64,000 bases of DNA from Deltaproteobacteria bacterium (GCA_021817345.1 JAKAVC010000134.1:4311-68310), one strand, 5' to 3'; positions 9,210 through 20,941 are shown, counted from the first letter of the stretch. A program made the numbers and translations. Notes: generated by a model from the sequence alone, not told the origin.

Positions 9210-11552
9210 TCAGAGGTTGAGCTTGACGATCGTTGCGCCTGGGCCGCCGCGACGCGGCTCGGCGTCGCGAAATTCCGCGCAATAGGGCGATGAGGCAAGG
9301 TACTCCTGGATGGCCTTCTTGAGCGCGCCCGAGCCGATTCCATGCACAATCGTCACTTCCTGACGGTTGGCAAGGTAGGCCTGATCGAGAAATTCCTCGA
9401 CTTTGCGAAGCGCCTCCGACGCGCGCATCCCGATAAGGTTAAGCTGCTCGCGTTCCTCTCCGGCGGCACTGACCGTCACCGTCGGCATCGGCTCCGGTTT
9501 TCCGCGCGGCGCCGGGCCGGATACCTTCCGTGCCGAGCGAAGCCGCTCCGGCGCGACCTCGATTCGAAGGCCGCCGCGTCCGATAACCGCGCGCGCCGAC
9601 TCCAGCACCAGCAGTTCGCCACGGATACCGCCGAATTCCACCTGGTCGCCGACCTTGAGCGGAGCCTGCTCAGCCTCTTCGAGCGCGTCGAGCGCGGGCG
9701 TGACCTGCTCCAGGCGCTCGGCGGCGCCTTCCAGAAAGTGCCCCAGGTCGCGGCGCGATTTGGCGTGGGTCTTGATTTCGCGAAGCAGGTCCTCGCCTTC
9801 GCGTTTCAGCTCCACGATAAGCGCACGCACTTCCTCGCGAAGCCGGGTGCGCTCGGCGGCGGCGCGCTCGCGCGCCTTTTCGGCCGCTTCCAGGGCTTCG
9901 CGTTCGCGCCGCCTGAAGTCTCGCTCGCGCTCGCGAAGCCTGGCGGCCTCGTCGTCGAGCCGCGCGCGCTCGGCTTCAAGCCGCTCCAGGGCGCGTTCCA
10001 CTTCGAGCGCGCTTTCGCCCATCGTGCCGCGCGCCGCGTCGATCACCTCGCCGGGCAGCCCGAGCCGCTCGGCCACCGCGAGCCCGTAGCTTTGGCCGAT
10101 GGTTCCGGGCTTCAGCCGATACAGGGGAATAGAGTGCTCGGGGTCGAAATCCACCGCGGCAACGTCGAAGTCATGGCCCGAATAGGCGTGGAGTTTGACC
10201 GCGGTCGAATGGGTAGCGACCGCGACGGTGCATTTTCGCGCCGCCAGGTATTTCATGATTCCAATGGCGAGCGCCGCGCCTTCGGCCGGATCGGTTCCCG
10301 CGCCCGGTTCGTCCAGGATCACCAAGGCCGGCTCGGCGAGCGAGCGAAGCACCTCGGAAAGATTGGTGACATGGGCCGAAAACGTCGAAAGACTGGTTTC
10401 GATTGACTGCTCGTCCCCGATGTCGGCGAAGACGCTTTTGAAGATCGCGGTGCGGCTCCCCTCGCGCGCCGGGATCAGAAGCCCCGCCTGTGCCATCAGG
10501 GAGAGCAACCCGAGGGTCTTGAGCGCGACCGTCTTGCCGCCCGTGTTCGGACCCGAAATCACGATTCCCTTGCGCTCGGCCGGAATCACGAGGTCGATCG
10601 GTACGACTTCGCGCCCGCTGGTGACGAGTAGCGGATGGCGCGCTTCGAGGAGTTCGGTTATTCCCTGGCTCGTGTCGGGCTCGACGCATCGGAAACGCTC
10701 GGCGAAAATAGCGCGCGCGTTCAGCGCGTCCAGCGCGACCATCGCGTCGAACGTTATCCCGAGTTCGGTCGCGTACCCGCGCACCATCGCACTGAGCTGC
10801 GCGAAAATCCGATGCTCTTCGGCCTCGACCTCGCTTTCGAGCATCATCAGGCGGTTGTTGAGTTCCACCGCCCACATCGGTTCAACGAACAGCGTCTCGC
10901 CCGACACGGAGCGGTCCTGCACGATGCCTTCGAGCCGCTCGGCGTAATTCAGCTTGAGCGGCAGGACGAAGCGGCGATTGCGCATCGTGACCAGGTAATC
11001 GGAGACGAAGGGCTCCATCCCGGGCTGGCTCAGCGAGCGCATCAGGCGCGCTTCGAGTTCGACGCGCTCCTCGCGCAGCCGGTTGCGAAGCCGTTTCAGT
11101 TCGGGGCTTGCGTCGTCGAGCAGGCTGCCGTCATCGGCGATCGCCTTAAGCAGGGCGTCGGCCAGCTCCTTGGGCGCGAGCAGATTGGCGGCGAGCGCGG
11201 CCACGCGCGGGAACGGCTCGACGCGCGAGCGAAGGAAGCTCGCGACATGGCGCGAGCCGAGCACAAAGCCGCGGATTTTGAGCAGCGACTCGCCGTCGAG
11301 CACCGCGCCCTCGCGCGCGGCCGCGAGCAATAGCGCGCGCATCTCGGGAAACTCCGCTATCGGCAGCGCGCCCGCGTGCCCGCGCAGATCGACCATCTCG
11401 GCGCTCGCGCGAAGCCTTTCGCGCACCACCTCGGGCTCGGTCGACGGCCTGAGCGAAAGCGCCCGCTCGCGTCCCGGCTCCGAGACGGCGAATCCCGCGA
11501 CAAGGTCCACCACCTTGTCGAATTCGAGCGATCGCAAATCCCGTTCGCGCAT
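9210..11552 (-). CDS. mutS2: endonuclease MutS2
   Basis: MutS ATPase motif GPNTGGKT, long coiled-coil region and C-terminal Smr domain. Confidence 0.9.
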   Translation of the reverse strand: MRERDLRSLEFDKVVDLVAGFAVSEPGRERALSLRPSTEPEVVRERLRASAEMVDLRGHAGALPIAEFPEMRALLLAAAREGAVLDGESLLKIRGFVLGSRHVASFLRSRVEPFPRVAALAANLLAPKELADALLKAIADDGSLLDDASPELKRLRNRLREERVELEARLMRSLSQPGMEPFVSDYLVTMRNRRFVLPLKLNYAERLEGIVQDRSVSGETLFVEPMWAVELNNRLMMLESEVEAEEHRIFAQLSAMVRGYATELGITFDAMVALDALNARAIFAERFRCVEPDTSQGITELLEARHPLLVTSGREVVPIDLVIPAERKGIVISGPNTGGKTVALKTLGLLSLMAQAGLLIPAREGSRTAIFKSVFADIGDEQSIETSLSTFSAHVTNLSEVLRSLAEPALVILDEPGAGTDPAEGAALAIGIMKYLAARKCTVAVATHSTAVKLHAYSGHDFDVAAVDFDPEHSIPLYRLKPGTIGQSYGLAVAERLGLPGEVIDAARGTMGESALEVERALERLEAERARLDDEAARLRERERDFRRREREALEAAEKARERAAAERTRLREEVRALIVELKREGEDLLREIKTHAKSRRDLGHFLEGAAERLEQVTPALDALEEAEQAPLKVGDQVEFGGIRGELLVLESARAVIGRGGLRIEVAPERLRSARKVSGPAPRGKPEPMPTVTVSAAGEEREQLNLIGMRASEALRKVEEFLDQAYLANRQEVTIVHGIGSGALKKAIQEYLASSPYCAEFRDAEPRRGGPGATIVKLNL

Positions 11553-11635
11553 CCTGGACTCGCCATCTGTCTTTGTGCGGCGATGACGTTAATATCTAGC
11601 CCATCTTCGACCTACAGGCATCAGGGAGACGCCCG

Positions 11636-13246
11636 ATGGAACGAATCGAATCGCACGTCCGCGCAAACTCCGAGGAGTTTCGGAGCAATCGCGAGGTGCA
11701 TGAAGGAGAGGTGAAGAAGCTGCGCGCCGAAATCGAGCGCATCCGCCAGGGCGGACCCGCCCATGCGCGCAAACGCCACGTCGAGCGCGGAAAGCTGCTC
11801 GCGCGCGACCGGGTGCGCAATCTGCTCGACCCCGACAGCCCGTTTCTGGAACTTTCGGCGCTCGCGGCGCATGGGATGTACGGCTCCGAGGCGCCTGCGG
11901 CTGGAATTATCACCGGAATCGGACGGGTTCACGGGCGCGAGGTCATCGTCGTCGCGAACGACGCAACCGTCAAAGGCGGCACCTATTATCCCATCACGGT
12001 CAAGAAGCATCTGCGCGCTCAGGAAATCGCGATGGAGAATCGCCTGCCCTGCATCTACCTGGTCGATTCCGGCGGCGCGTTCCTGCCGCTTCAGGCCGAG
12101 GTCTTTCCCGATCGCGAGCACTTCGGGCGAATCTTTTACAACCAGGCACGGATGTCCGCGATGGGAATCGCGCAGGTTGCCGTCGTGATGGGCTCGTGCA
12201 CGGCGGGCGGTGCGTACGTGCCCGCGATGTGCGACGAGAACATTATCGTGAAAGAGCAGGGAACCATCTTCCTTGGCGGCCCGCCGCTGGTTCGCGCCGC
12301 GACCGGCGAGGAAGTGACGGCGGAGGAACTCGGCGGCGGCGACGTTCACACCCGTATCTCGGGCGTCAGCGACAACCTTGCCGAGGACGATCGCGACGCG
12401 CTCCAGATCGCGCGCTCGATCCTGGAAAACCTCGGCCCGCGCCCGGTTCCCGACATTTCGCAGGACGAGCCCGAGGACCCCTATTACGATCCGGCCGAAT
12501 TGTACGGCATCATCCCGGCCGACAATCGCAAGCCGTACGACGTGCACGAGGTGATCGCGCGTATCGTTGACGGGAGCCGGATGCACGAGTTCAAGCCGCG
12601 CTACGCGACCACCGTGGTGACGGGCTTCGCGCGCATCTGGGGTTATCCGGTCGGAATCGTCGCGAACAATGGTGTGCTGTTCAGCGAATCCGCGCTCAAG
12701 GCGACGCACTTCATCGAACTATGCTGCGCGCGGCGCATTCCGCTCATCTTTCTCCAGAACATCACCGGCTTTATGGTCGGCAAACGCTACGAGCAGGGCG
12801 GAATCGCCAAGGACGGCGCCAAGATGGTCAACGCGGTCGCCAATGCGCAGGTGCCGAAATTCACGGTGATAATCGGCGCGTCGAACGGTGCCGGAAATTA
12901 CGGGATGTGCGGGCGCGCATACTCGCCACGCTTCCTGTTCATGTGGCCGAACGCGCGAATCTCCGTGATGGGCGGCGAGCAGGCCGCCAACACGCTTCTC
13001 ACCGTCAAGCTCGACCAGCTCGCGCGCGAAGGCAAAACGATGACCGCCGAGGAGCAGGCCGAGTTCCTGCGTCCGACGCTGGAGAAGTACGAGCACGAAT
13101 CGAGCTGCTACTACTCGAGCGCGCGGCTGTGGGACGACGGCGTGATCGATCCGGTTGAGACCCGCGCGACGCTCGCGCTCGCAATCGCGGCGTCGCTCAA
13201 CGCGCCCGTGCCGCAGCCGTCGGGCTTCGGCGTGTTCCGGATGTGA
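11636..13246 (+). CDS. acyl-CoA carboxylase carboxyltransferase (beta) subunit, methylcrotonyl-/propionyl-CoA carboxylase type
   Basis: 536 aa with the N-terminal pattern typical of MCC/PCC beta chains ([20 protein letters not shown]) and carboxyltransferase N and C domains. Confidence 0.85.
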   Translation: MERIESHVRANSEEFRSNREVHEGEVKKLRAEIERIRQGGPAHARKRHVERGKLLARDRVRNLLDPDSPFLELSALAAHGMYGSEAPAAGIITGIGRVHGREVIVVANDATVKGGTYYPITVKKHLRAQEIAMENRLPCIYLVDSGGAFLPLQAEVFPDREHFGRIFYNQARMSAMGIAQVAVVMGSCTAGGAYVPAMCDENIIVKEQGTIFLGGPPLVRAATGEEVTAEELGGGDVHTRISGVSDNLAEDDRDALQIARSILENLGPRPVPDISQDEPEDPYYDPAELYGIIPADNRKPYDVHEVIARIVDGSRMHEFKPRYATTVVTGFARIWGYPVGIVANNGVLFSESALKATHFIELCCARRIPLIFLQNITGFMVGKRYEQGGIAKDGAKMVNAVANAQVPKFTVIIGASNGAGNYGMCGRAYSPRFLFMWPNARISVMGGEQAANTLLTVKLDQLAREGKTMTAEEQAEFLRPTLEKYEHESSCYYSSARLWDDGVIDPVETRATLALAIAASLNAPVPQPSGFGVFRM

Positions 13247-13359
13247 CCCTTGCGTTGGAGCCGGCGTGCTTTCCCGGCAACCGCGCAAATTCAAAAGACT
13301 AAATGCGCCGCGTGGCATTGGAAGCCGCGCGGCGCCTCTTGTCTCAAAAGAACGGTGAG

Positions 13360-14898
13360 TTACGGAGGTGTCAGCACCGGGCAGCCGTGCTCGCCCGCAA
13401 CCGGTGCGGGCGCCTCGTTGAACGTCGCGTGCAGCGACGGCGAATGGTTGAAGTCGAACATATCTTCGAGCGTCGGCGCGTGGAGATCGCGCGCCGTCAG
13501 ATGGGGCCGCTCGCTGGTCGCGCCGCTTAAGCTGAAGAATCGCTTCTCGATAAGCGCGAGCATCGCGGTGTGGTCCGCGACCGTGTGCGAAACGTAGTGC
13601 GGCTTCGAGAACGGTGAGACCGCGATAAACGGCACACGGAAACCCTCCTGGTTGAAGTTCGCGCACGAGGCCGGATAGGGACCGGTCGCCGTGAAGCCCG
13701 AGCAGATGCTTGCCGCGTCGGAGGCGCTTATCGTGCACTGCACGCCGCCGCCCGGCTGTTCGCTGGCGGGCGGATCGGAAAGATCCTCGCACTGGCCGGG
13801 ATTGATGCCGTCTGGCGATAGCGCGCCGCCCTGGCTCGCGGGCGGAGGCGGCACGTGATCGTAGAAACCGCCGTGCTCGTCGTAGGTGATGAAAATGATC
13901 GTGTTCTTCCAGTCCGGACCGTTACGCACCGCGTTCACCAGTTGCCACACGCGATATTCGCCGGCGCGGATGTCGAACGGGGGATGCTCGTCGGTCTCGA
14001 ACAGTTCGTCGTTGATAATTTGATCCGGGTAGAACGACGGATCGACGAATGAAACTTCGGGCAGTGTGCCCTCCTTAGCCTCGGCAAGGAACGCCGATAT
14101 CGGCGCGATATTCGAGTAGGATTGCGGATAGAAGATGAACGAAGTCGGAAGATCCTGGTAGAAGTTCGTCCACGAAACGCCATACTCGTTCAACAGGTCG
14201 AAAATCGTTCCCGTGATCGGCTTGTAACCGCCCCTCGGCGGAAAAATCTCGTTGGTCGTTAAATGGCCGAACGAGGTCGCCGCCATCTCGTAGGAACGAT
14301 TCGGAAATGTCGGTCCGACGACCGGACAGAAGTAGCGATCGTCGATCGCGAACGTCTGGGCCAGTTGGTAATAAAACGGCAGATCGGCCTGGTCGTAAAA
14401 GCCCATCGTGTCGTCGTCGGTGGCGCTCTCGGCCGTATCCTTCTGCTCGGTCAGGTCGTTTTCCAGCACGAAACCGTTGTTCAGGGTCTCGAAGAGTGCC
14501 TCGCTGGGATCCGACCAGTTGGCCTCGTGATGACTTCCGGACCAGTTGTGCTGGAGGTCGGGCGCCGGGCAGTAATCGCTGTCGTGGAAGGAGTAAACCG
14601 TGCTCCCGTCGTCATCGAGGTTGGAGTTGCTGCAGGTGAGCGCGCCGCCGCTGCCGACCGTGCAGGTAAGGCCGTCGACGCATGAGTGGTCGTTCGCCGC
14701 GCACGGACCCGAATGATACGGCCCGTCGGGCGCATAGGGCAGCGCGCCGAAGTAGTTATCGAAAGAGTGGTTCTCCTGCATGATGATAATGATGTGCTTG
14801 ACGTTGTGCAGGTTTCCGTCCGCGTGCGCAGGAACTGCTGCCAGCATCGCGAGCACACTCATGGTCGCGGTTACGACGGGCGCCATGTAACGCGGCAT
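13360..14898 (-). CDS. secreted phosphoesterase family protein (phospholipase C / acid phosphatase AcpA-like)
   Basis: Signal peptide, then the HIIIIMQENHSFDNYFG motif diagnostic of the phosphoesterase (PLC/AcpA) family. Confidence 0.8.
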   Translation of the reverse strand: MPRYMAPVVTATMSVLAMLAAVPAHADGNLHNVKHIIIIMQENHSFDNYFGALPYAPDGPYHSGPCAANDHSCVDGLTCTVGSGGALTCSNSNLDDDGSTVYSFHDSDYCPAPDLQHNWSGSHHEANWSDPSEALFETLNNGFVLENDLTEQKDTAESATDDDTMGFYDQADLPFYYQLAQTFAIDDRYFCPVVGPTFPNRSYEMAATSFGHLTTNEIFPPRGGYKPITGTIFDLLNEYGVSWTNFYQDLPTSFIFYPQSYSNIAPISAFLAEAKEGTLPEVSFVDPSFYPDQIINDELFETDEHPPFDIRAGEYRVWQLVNAVRNGPDWKNTIIFITYDEHGGFYDHVPPPPASQGGALSPDGINPGQCEDLSDPPASEQPGGGVQCTISASDAASICSGFTATGPYPASCANFNQEGFRVPFIAVSPFSKPHYVSHTVADHTAMLALIEKRFFSLSGATSERPHLTARDLHAPTLEDMFDFNHSPSLHATFNEAPAPVAGEHGCPVLTPP

Positions 14899-15160
14899 AG
14901 GCTCCTCCCGTCCGCATCCGGTTGAATTGCGCTCCCTTCGGGTGCGAACGAAAGCGTTCTCTATCGCCGGTCCGGCGTTTTTGTCAATCCTGCTAACTTA
15001 AACAGACCGGTACTTACTCCAGGCGGGTAAGTCTGCGCTTTTCGACTGATTCTCGCGCGGGACTGCGTGTGATACACGGGCGCGAACGGCGCATCGGCGG
15101 CGATCCAACCGGACCAGACGCACCCGTGCGTATCGCGCGAGCTATGATTGGTGTTCCGGC

Positions 15161-16564
15161 CTACTGCTCGGGGCCTAGCATCTTTTCGGGCCGCACGAGG
15201 CGGTCGAACTCCTCGCCCGACAGGAAACCGAGAGCAAGGCACGCCTCGCGAAGCGTGAGGTTTTCGTGGTGCGCTTTCTTGGCGGCTTGGGCGGCCTTGT
15301 CGTAGCCGATATGAGGGCTGAGCGCCGTGACCAGCATGAGAGAGCGCGTCACGTACTCGGCGAGCTTCTGCCGATTCGCCTGCATCCCCTCCACGCAATA
15401 CTTGCGGAACGAGTCGCATGCGTTAGTCAGCAGCAGGATCGAATGCATCAGGTTGTGGATGATGAGCGGCTTGAAGACGTTGAGCTCGAAATTGCCCTGC
15501 GTGCCGGCGACGCTGATCGCGGTATCGTTGCCGATAACCTGCACGCACACCATCGTCATCGCCTCGCTCTGGGTCGGATTCACCTTGCCCGGCATGATCG
15601 ACGAGCCCGGCTCGTTCTCGGGCAGCGACAGTTCGCCAAGCCCGCACCGCGGCCCCGAGCCCATCCAGCGCACATCGTTGGCGATCTTCATCAGCGAGCA
15701 GGCGAGCGTCTTGAGCGCTCCCGAAGCCATCACCAGCGCGTCATGCGCGGCGAGCGCGGCGAACTTATTGTGCGCCGAGGTGAACGGCAGGCCCGTATGC
15801 CGCGCGATATTGGCCGCGACCCGCCCGGCGAATTGCGGATGGGTGTTGAGCCCGGTGCCAACCGCGGTGCCGCCGATCGCAAGCTCATAGATGTCGGGCA
15901 GGACCGACTCGATGCGCCGGATGTCCTGGTCGAGCTGCTCGACGTAGCCGGAGAACTCCTGGCCGAGCGTGAGCGGCACCGCGTCCATCAGATGGGTCCG
16001 TCCGATCTTGATCAGGTCGGCGAATTCCATCGATTTGTTGAGCAGCGCGTTGCGCAGCCGTCCGACCGCCGGGAGCAGCTCGTGGACGAGCTGCTCGGCC
16101 GCCGCTATATGCATCGCGGTCGGAAACGTGTCGTTCGAGGACTGCGACATGTTGACGTGGTCGTTGGGATGGATCGGTTTCTTCGAGCCCATCTCGCCGC
16201 CGGCGAGCTCGATGGCGCGGTTCGAGATGACCTCGTTGGCGTTCATGTTGGTTTGCGTGCCGCTGCCGGTCTGCCAGACGCGCAGCGGGAACTCGCTGTC
16301 GAGCTTGCCGGCGATCACTTCGTCGGCGGCCTGGAGGATGAGCCGGGCGTGCTCGGCCGAGAGTCTGCCGAGGTCGCGATTAACCTCGGCGGCGGCCTTT
16401 TTCAGGATCCCGAGCGCGCGGATTACCGGGCGCGGCATCGTGTCGCGTCCGATCGCGAAATGGAGCAGCGAGCGCTGGGTCTGCGCGCCCCAGTAATGAT
16501 CGGCGGGCACTTCTATCGCGCCCATGCTGTCGGTTTCGGTGCGAGTCTTCTTCGATGATGTCAT
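15161..16564 (-). CDS. fumC: class II fumarate hydratase
   Basis: Fumarase/aspartase signature [16 protein letters not shown]. 467 aa. Confidence 0.93.
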   Translation of the reverse strand: MTSSKKTRTETDSMGAIEVPADHYWGAQTQRSLLHFAIGRDTMPRPVIRALGILKKAAAEVNRDLGRLSAEHARLILQAADEVIAGKLDSEFPLRVWQTGSGTQTNMNANEVISNRAIELAGGEMGSKKPIHPNDHVNMSQSSNDTFPTAMHIAAAEQLVHELLPAVGRLRNALLNKSMEFADLIKIGRTHLMDAVPLTLGQEFSGYVEQLDQDIRRIESVLPDIYELAIGGTAVGTGLNTHPQFAGRVAANIARHTGLPFTSAHNKFAALAAHDALVMASGALKTLACSLMKIANDVRWMGSGPRCGLGELSLPENEPGSSIMPGKVNPTQSEAMTMVCVQVIGNDTAISVAGTQGNFELNVFKPLIIHNLMHSILLLTNACDSFRKYCVEGMQANRQKLAEYVTRSLMLVTALSPHIGYDKAAQAAKKAHHENLTLREACLALGFLSGEEFDRLVRPEKMLGPEQ

Positions 16565-16865
16565 AATCTTTCAAGCTCCCGGGTGCGACGACCGGCCCGC
16601 GCATGTTCGCGCGGCGAACGCGATGGCGCGCTCCGTCGACGGCCATTTTGCCGCAAAGCATTATACGCCACCCGTCGGCGCTGTTGAGTTGAACGTGCCA
16701 GTCCATCTACGATGCTTGCGCTGCCGTCCCCTATGGGACGGCGATCGAGGGGCGCGTGCATGGCGGCGGAGGCCCAGATTTAGCGCGCGGACTTTCCGGC
16801 GTCGCCCGCCCAATATAGACATAGATTAGGAAGTCACCCTTCGCAGCAGGAGAGGAAGATAGGTC

Positions 16866-17225
16866 ATGCCTTGGACGATAACCCGTCTGTGCCGCGATTG
16901 TCTCGACACCGGATGTGTGAGCGTTTGCCCGGTCGATTGCATCTACGAGTATGTGGGTCCGGACAAGCAGAAGTTTCCGAACCAGCTCTACATAAATCCC
17001 GACGAATGTATCGATTGCGGGGCGTGCGAGCCGGAATGCCCGTGGCAGGCAATCTTCGAGGAGCCCGCCGTGCCGGACGTCTTCAAGGACGACGTGGATC
17101 TGAACCACGCGATGCTCGACGCGAAGGACGACTTCAAGGTGAAGACCTTCGAGCAGAAGGAGCATCCCACGCCCGAGCAGATTGCTGAAAACAAGCGCAA
17201 ATGGGGACTCGATCCCGACGCGTGA
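16866..17225 (+). CDS. fdxA: 7Fe (3Fe-4S/4Fe-4S) ferredoxin
   Basis: Two cysteine clusters ([14 protein letters not shown] and [12 protein letters not shown]). 119 aa. Confidence 0.85.
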   Translation: MPWTITRLCRDCLDTGCVSVCPVDCIYEYVGPDKQKFPNQLYINPDECIDCGACEPECPWQAIFEEPAVPDVFKDDVDLNHAMLDAKDDFKVKTFEQKEHPTPEQIAENKRKWGLDPDA

Positions 17226-17450
17226 TTTTGCCCCGCCCGTAATGTTCCGGCGCCGGCAGGTTGAGAGTAAAGCGCTCGATTCGCCGGCGCCGTTTTTTCG
17301 CGCTTGATCCGCCGCGATCGGCGCCGGTTTCCGCGCTTTTCCACCCGAAAAGCGAAGCATCCGCGCGCAACGGCGCGCGTGCAGTTTCGTCAGCGCGCGC
17401 GACGCTTCAATGGGTTCAGGATAAAGGGCAACGGGAGCGCTCGCTCGCGC

Positions 17451-18431
17451 TCAGAGCAGTTTCTTCTGCCCGTGCTTGAAACCGCCCTGCTCGCCGATCG
17501 CTCCGGGCCGTTCGCGTTCCGGCTTTCTGCCCCGTCCCGAGCGTTCGCGCGGGCGGGTTTCGGTCGGCACTATTTCCACCGAGCGCAGGAAGCCTTCGCC
17601 CGACGAGCGGGTACTCACCAGCGGATCGTCCTTTAGCGCAAGATGGATGATGCGCCGGTCGCGCGGCGGCATCGGGTCGAGCTTTACCGGCTGATGCTCG
17701 CGCTTGGCCCGCTCGCCCATCGAGAGCGCCATCCGTTCCAACTGCTGACGTCGGCGCGCCCGGTAGGATTCGGTGTCGAGCACGATCGGCATCCCGTCCT
17801 TGATCCTGCGGGCGGCCACGCGGTTGACGAGGTACTCGAGCGCGTCGAGGGTCTGGCCGTGGCGTCCGATGAGGATTCCCGAGCCGTCGCCCTTGATTTC
17901 GAGCTCGATCGACTCGGGATCGGAGCCGATCCGCTCGACCTCGGCCTTCTCGCCCATAAGTTCGAGAATCTGTTTCAGGATCGCGGTAGCCTCGCGCACC
18001 TGCTCGTTGACGTCGGCGGCCTGGCGCGCGCCCTCGGCGGTTTCTTCCTCGGCTGGCTCGGCGGCGCGCGGTTCTGGCGCGCGACGCGGCGGCGCGGGTT
18101 CGCGCGGGCGCGCGGGCTCGGGGCTGGTTGCGGGCTTTGGAGCGCGCGGCGGCGGCGCGGGTTTGGCCTCGGACCCGGCAGGTCGCGAGGGCCGCGGCGG
18201 CGCGGGCGGCGCCGGAGGCGGTTCAGCCACGCCGCTTCGGGCCTCGGACGGCGCCTTGCGGACTACGCGGACGCGCGCGTCGCGGGCGCCGAGGCCGAGC
18301 ACGCCCGCGCGCGGAATCGCCAGGATCTCGATCGCGACGTCGTCTTCGGCCGCGCCGAGCTTTTCCAGGGCCTCGCTTATCGCCTGTTCAACCGTCGATG
18401 CAGTTACTTCGATAGAATCACTGTTGCTCAT
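17451..18431 (-). CDS. jag: Jag/KhpB RNA-binding protein (Jag_N, KH and R3H domains)
   Basis: N-terminal Jag_N motif, Pro/Ala-rich linker, KH and C-terminal R3H. Internal ATG at 18431 forms an ATGA overlap with the yidC stop. The ORF track extends to 18617. Confidence 0.85.
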   Translation of the reverse strand: MSNSDSIEVTASTVEQAISEALEKLGAAEDDVAIEILAIPRAGVLGLGARDARVRVVRKAPSEARSGVAEPPPAPPAPPRPSRPAGSEAKPAPPPRAPKPATSPEPARPREPAPPRRAPEPRAAEPAEEETAEGARQAADVNEQVREATAILKQILELMGEKAEVERIGSDPESIELEIKGDGSGILIGRHGQTLDALEYLVNRVAARRIKDGMPIVLDTESYRARRRQQLERMALSMGERAKREHQPVKLDPMPPRDRRIIHLALKDDPLVSTRSSGEGFLRSVEIVPTETRPRERSGRGRKPERERPGAIGEQGGFKHGQKKLL

Positions 18432-20089
18432 GTCGCAGGAGCCGTCTGCCTGAATTCCCGGTTGAGAAAAATCTGCTGGATAATACCGAGTATGTTGGAA
18501 GCGAAATAGTAGAGCGAGAGTCCGGCCGGAAAGTTCACCAGAATAACCGTGAACACCACCGGCATCAGCATCATCATCTTCTGCTGGTTCGGATCGGGCG
18601 AGGTCGGCGTCATCCACTGCTGCAGGAAGGTGCTAATTCCCATCAACAGGACGAGCACCGGGATTCCGTGGCAGTGCATGTACGGGATCCGCGGCATCCA
18701 GGACACCGGGTAACAGTCCGGCGCCGAGAGGTCCCTTATCCACCAGATAAACGGCGCATGGCGCAATTCCACGGCGTTGAGCAGCGCCTCGTAAAGCCCG
18801 ATGAAGATCGGGAACTGGATCAGCATCGGCGCGCATCCCCCGAGCGGGTTGACGTGGTTGCGCTTGTACAGATCCACCATCTCCCGCTGCATCCGCTCCG
18901 GCTCGTCCTTGAACTGCGCCCGTATCTTTTCCATCTGCGGGGCGAGCCTCTGCATCTTCATCATCGACCGCGTTCCCTTGATCGACATCGGAAGCATCAG
19001 CATCCGCACCGCCAGCGTCAGCAGGATTATGTCCCACCCCCAGTTCGGGGCGAAATCATGGAACAGCTTGAGCACTCTCAGGAACGGGAGCGACAGGAAG
19101 CCGAACCATCCGAAGTTGATCGCCTCGTGCAGCTTCGGACTTATCGCGTCCAGCACTTCGAGAGCCTTTGGCCCGAAAAACACGCGGGTTCTGAGCGTGC
19201 TCGCGCCGGGAAACAACAGTTCGGCGGTCGCGTCGTTGCCCGAAAGCCTGCTCGAAAGGACTCCGTGAGCGGGAGTTTCGGGCAGGAAGACCGCAAGGAA
19301 ATAACGGTCGCCGAAGCCGGCGTAGGTAATCTCGCCGGCCATCGCCTGGAATCCCTTTTTCAACGCGGCTTGCGCGTCGGCCACCACTTTCGACGAGACG
19401 TCCGCCTGGATTTCCGGGATATCGTAATAGCCGCCCGTCCGCTCGGTCATCGGTTGCGTCATTGAGACGCCAACCGCCTTGATAGATCGCTGGCCTCCGC
19501 TCGCGCTCACCGTCATGTCGATTACGTAACTCGAACCGCTCACGACGAACGTCTTGACCAGGCGCATCCCGGTGCCGGTCTCGGCGGTGAAGGTGAGCGT
19601 GGCGCGTTCCGAGCCTTTGAGATCGACCGTCGCCGGCGCGTCGGTCGTATAGGCAAGCCCGTGGTCGCTTGCCACATGGTCGTCGGTTTGGACCAGCGCC
19701 GCGAGCGGGAAAATGCCGCCGCCTGCCGGCCGTATCATCTGATACGGAGGGCTGTTGGGTGCAGCGGTCTGTCTATACCTGGTCAGTTGAAAGCTTTTGA
19801 GCCGCGCACCGTCGGTGGTGAAGACCGCTCTGAATAGATCGGTGTTGACCTCGATAAGCCGTTTGGGGGCGGCCGAAGGCGCAGGCGCGAGCGTCGTCAC
19901 ACCGGGCGCGCCCGCTGCGGAAGGCGCCAGTGATTTCGCGCCCGGCGTCGCGCTCTGCGAAGGCGTGCGTGCGACACGGGCCTCCTGCTCCGGATGCGGC
20001 GGGTACAAACGCTTGAGGACGAGTTCCTGGTAGGCGAAAACCAGTCCCAACGACAGGACAATAGCGATTAGAACTCTACTGGTATCCAA
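18428..20089 (-). CDS. yidC: membrane protein insertase YidC
   Basis: Large periplasmic domain plus conserved C-terminal transmembrane core. TTG at 20089 is preceded by AAGGAAAT. The ORF-track start at 20185 would overlap yidD by 77 nt. Confidence 0.9.
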   Translation of the reverse strand: MDTSRVLIAIVLSLGLVFAYQELVLKRLYPPHPEQEARVARTPSQSATPGAKSLAPSAAGAPGVTTLAPAPSAAPKRLIEVNTDLFRAVFTTDGARLKSFQLTRYRQTAAPNSPPYQMIRPAGGGIFPLAALVQTDDHVASDHGLAYTTDAPATVDLKGSERATLTFTAETGTGMRLVKTFVVSGSSYVIDMTVSASGGQRSIKAVGVSMTQPMTERTGGYYDIPEIQADVSSKVVADAQAALKKGFQAMAGEITYAGFGDRYFLAVFLPETPAHGVLSSRLSGNDATAELLFPGASTLRTRVFFGPKALEVLDAISPKLHEAINFGWFGFLSLPFLRVLKLFHDFAPNWGWDIILLTLAVRMLMLPMSIKGTRSMMKMQRLAPQMEKIRAQFKDEPERMQREMVDLYKRNHVNPLGGCAPMLIQFPIFIGLYEALLNAVELRHAPFIWWIRDLSAPDCYPVSWMPRIPYMHCHGIPVLVLLMGISTFLQQWMTPTSPDPNQQKMMMLMPVVFTVILVNFPAGLSLYYFASNILGIIQQIFLNREFRQTAPAT

Positions 20090-20108
20090 ACCCGTGATTT
20101 CCTTGGAA

Positions 20109-20402
20109 TCAGGAGCCGTGTCCTGCCGGTGCGCGCTTCGGCACCGGATCGTAGCCGTGACCGCCCATCGGATGGCATCGCGCAAGCCGCGCCCCAGCCA
20201 TCACGATACCCTTCAATGCGCCGTGCTCGCGGATCGCCTCTGCCGCGTAAGCCGAACAGCTCGGTTGAAAGCGGCACGCATTTCCGAACAGCGCGACTAT
20301 CAGCGGCGACAGGAACCTGCGATAGCTCCATAGCGCGCCGAGCGCGAGCGCTCGCGGCACTGCTCCGGCCAATCGTGTTCCATGACGCAAACCACCAGCC
20401 AT
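20109..20402 (-). CDS. yidD: membrane protein insertion efficiency factor YidD
   Basis: Conserved motif [31 protein letters not shown]. Confidence 0.85.
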   Translation of the reverse strand: MAGGLRHGTRLAGAVPRALALGALWSYRRFLSPLIVALFGNACRFQPSCSAYAAEAIREHGALKGIVMAGARLARCHPMGGHGYDPVPKRAPAGHGS

Positions 20403-20405
20403 CGG

Positions 20406-20780
20406 CTAGCTCCCCGATAATTTTCTCACAATATTGTGCGTTGCCGCAGCAAGCTCGGCGAGTACCTGAGGCATTGCGAGTCCGCCCGCTCCGGGCCGCG
20501 CTATCACTACCATGGAAGTTCGCGCTGGAAGCGTCGGCCGGAGCGTCAGCCGGAAGCACTCGCGCACCCGGCGCTTGAGTCGATTGCGCACCACGGCGTT
20601 TCCTATCCGGCGCGAGACGGTGACCCCGAGGCGCGAACGGTCGTCGTCATCGAGCCGACCGGCGTATACCACGAAGTGCGCGCTTTGAACGCGCACACCG
20701 ACGCGTTGCAGACGGCGGAACTCGGAGCTGCGATGGAGCCGGTCGGCGGCCGAGAAGCTCTGCGCCTTGCGGACAGGATT
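20406..20780 (-). CDS. rnpA: ribonuclease P protein component. The start codon is unresolved; the conserved core begins near LHRSSEFRR. No in-frame ATG lies downstream of rpmH.
   Basis: RnpA core (RLHRSSEFRRLQRVGVRVQSAHFVVYAG...RNRLKRRVRE) and its position between rpmH and yidD. The 193-aa ORF-track reading from 20987 is a GTG-initiated over-extension that overlaps rpmH. Confidence 0.75.
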   Translation of the reverse strand, partial: NPVRKAQSFSAADRLHRSSEFRRLQRVGVRVQSAHFVVYAGRLDDDDRSRLGVTVSRRIGNAVVRNRLKRRVRECFRLTLRPTLPARTSMVVIARPGAGGLAMPQVLAELAAATHNIVRKLSGS

Positions 20781-20782
20781 TC

Positions 20783-20941
20783 TCAGCCGGGCTGCTTGGG
20801 TGGAATCGTGACGGTGAGGCGATGGCGTCCCTTGGCGCGCCGACGCTTGAGAACGTTGCGTCCGCTCGTCGTCGCCATCCGCGCCATGAAGCCGTGGGTC
20901 CGTTTTCGTCGGCGGTTGTGAGGCTGGAAGGTCCTTTTCAT
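20783..20941 (-). CDS. rpmH: 50S ribosomal protein L34
   Basis: Hand translation of the minus strand gives [44 protein letters not shown]..., the canonical L34 sequence. Absent from the ORF track because it is shorter than 60 aa. Confidence 0.9.
   Translation of the reverse strand: MKRTFQPHNRRRKRTHGFMARMATTSGRNVLKRRRAKGRHRLTVTIPPKQPG

Noticed and set aside
9342-10406. 354-aa plus-strand ORF and other long ORFs antisense to mutS2
   Set aside because: High-GC antisense artefacts with Arg/Ala/Ser/Pro-rich low-complexity translations.
17980-18260. Pro/Ala-rich low-complexity region
   Set aside because: It is the inter-domain linker of the Jag/KhpB protein, not an independent feature.
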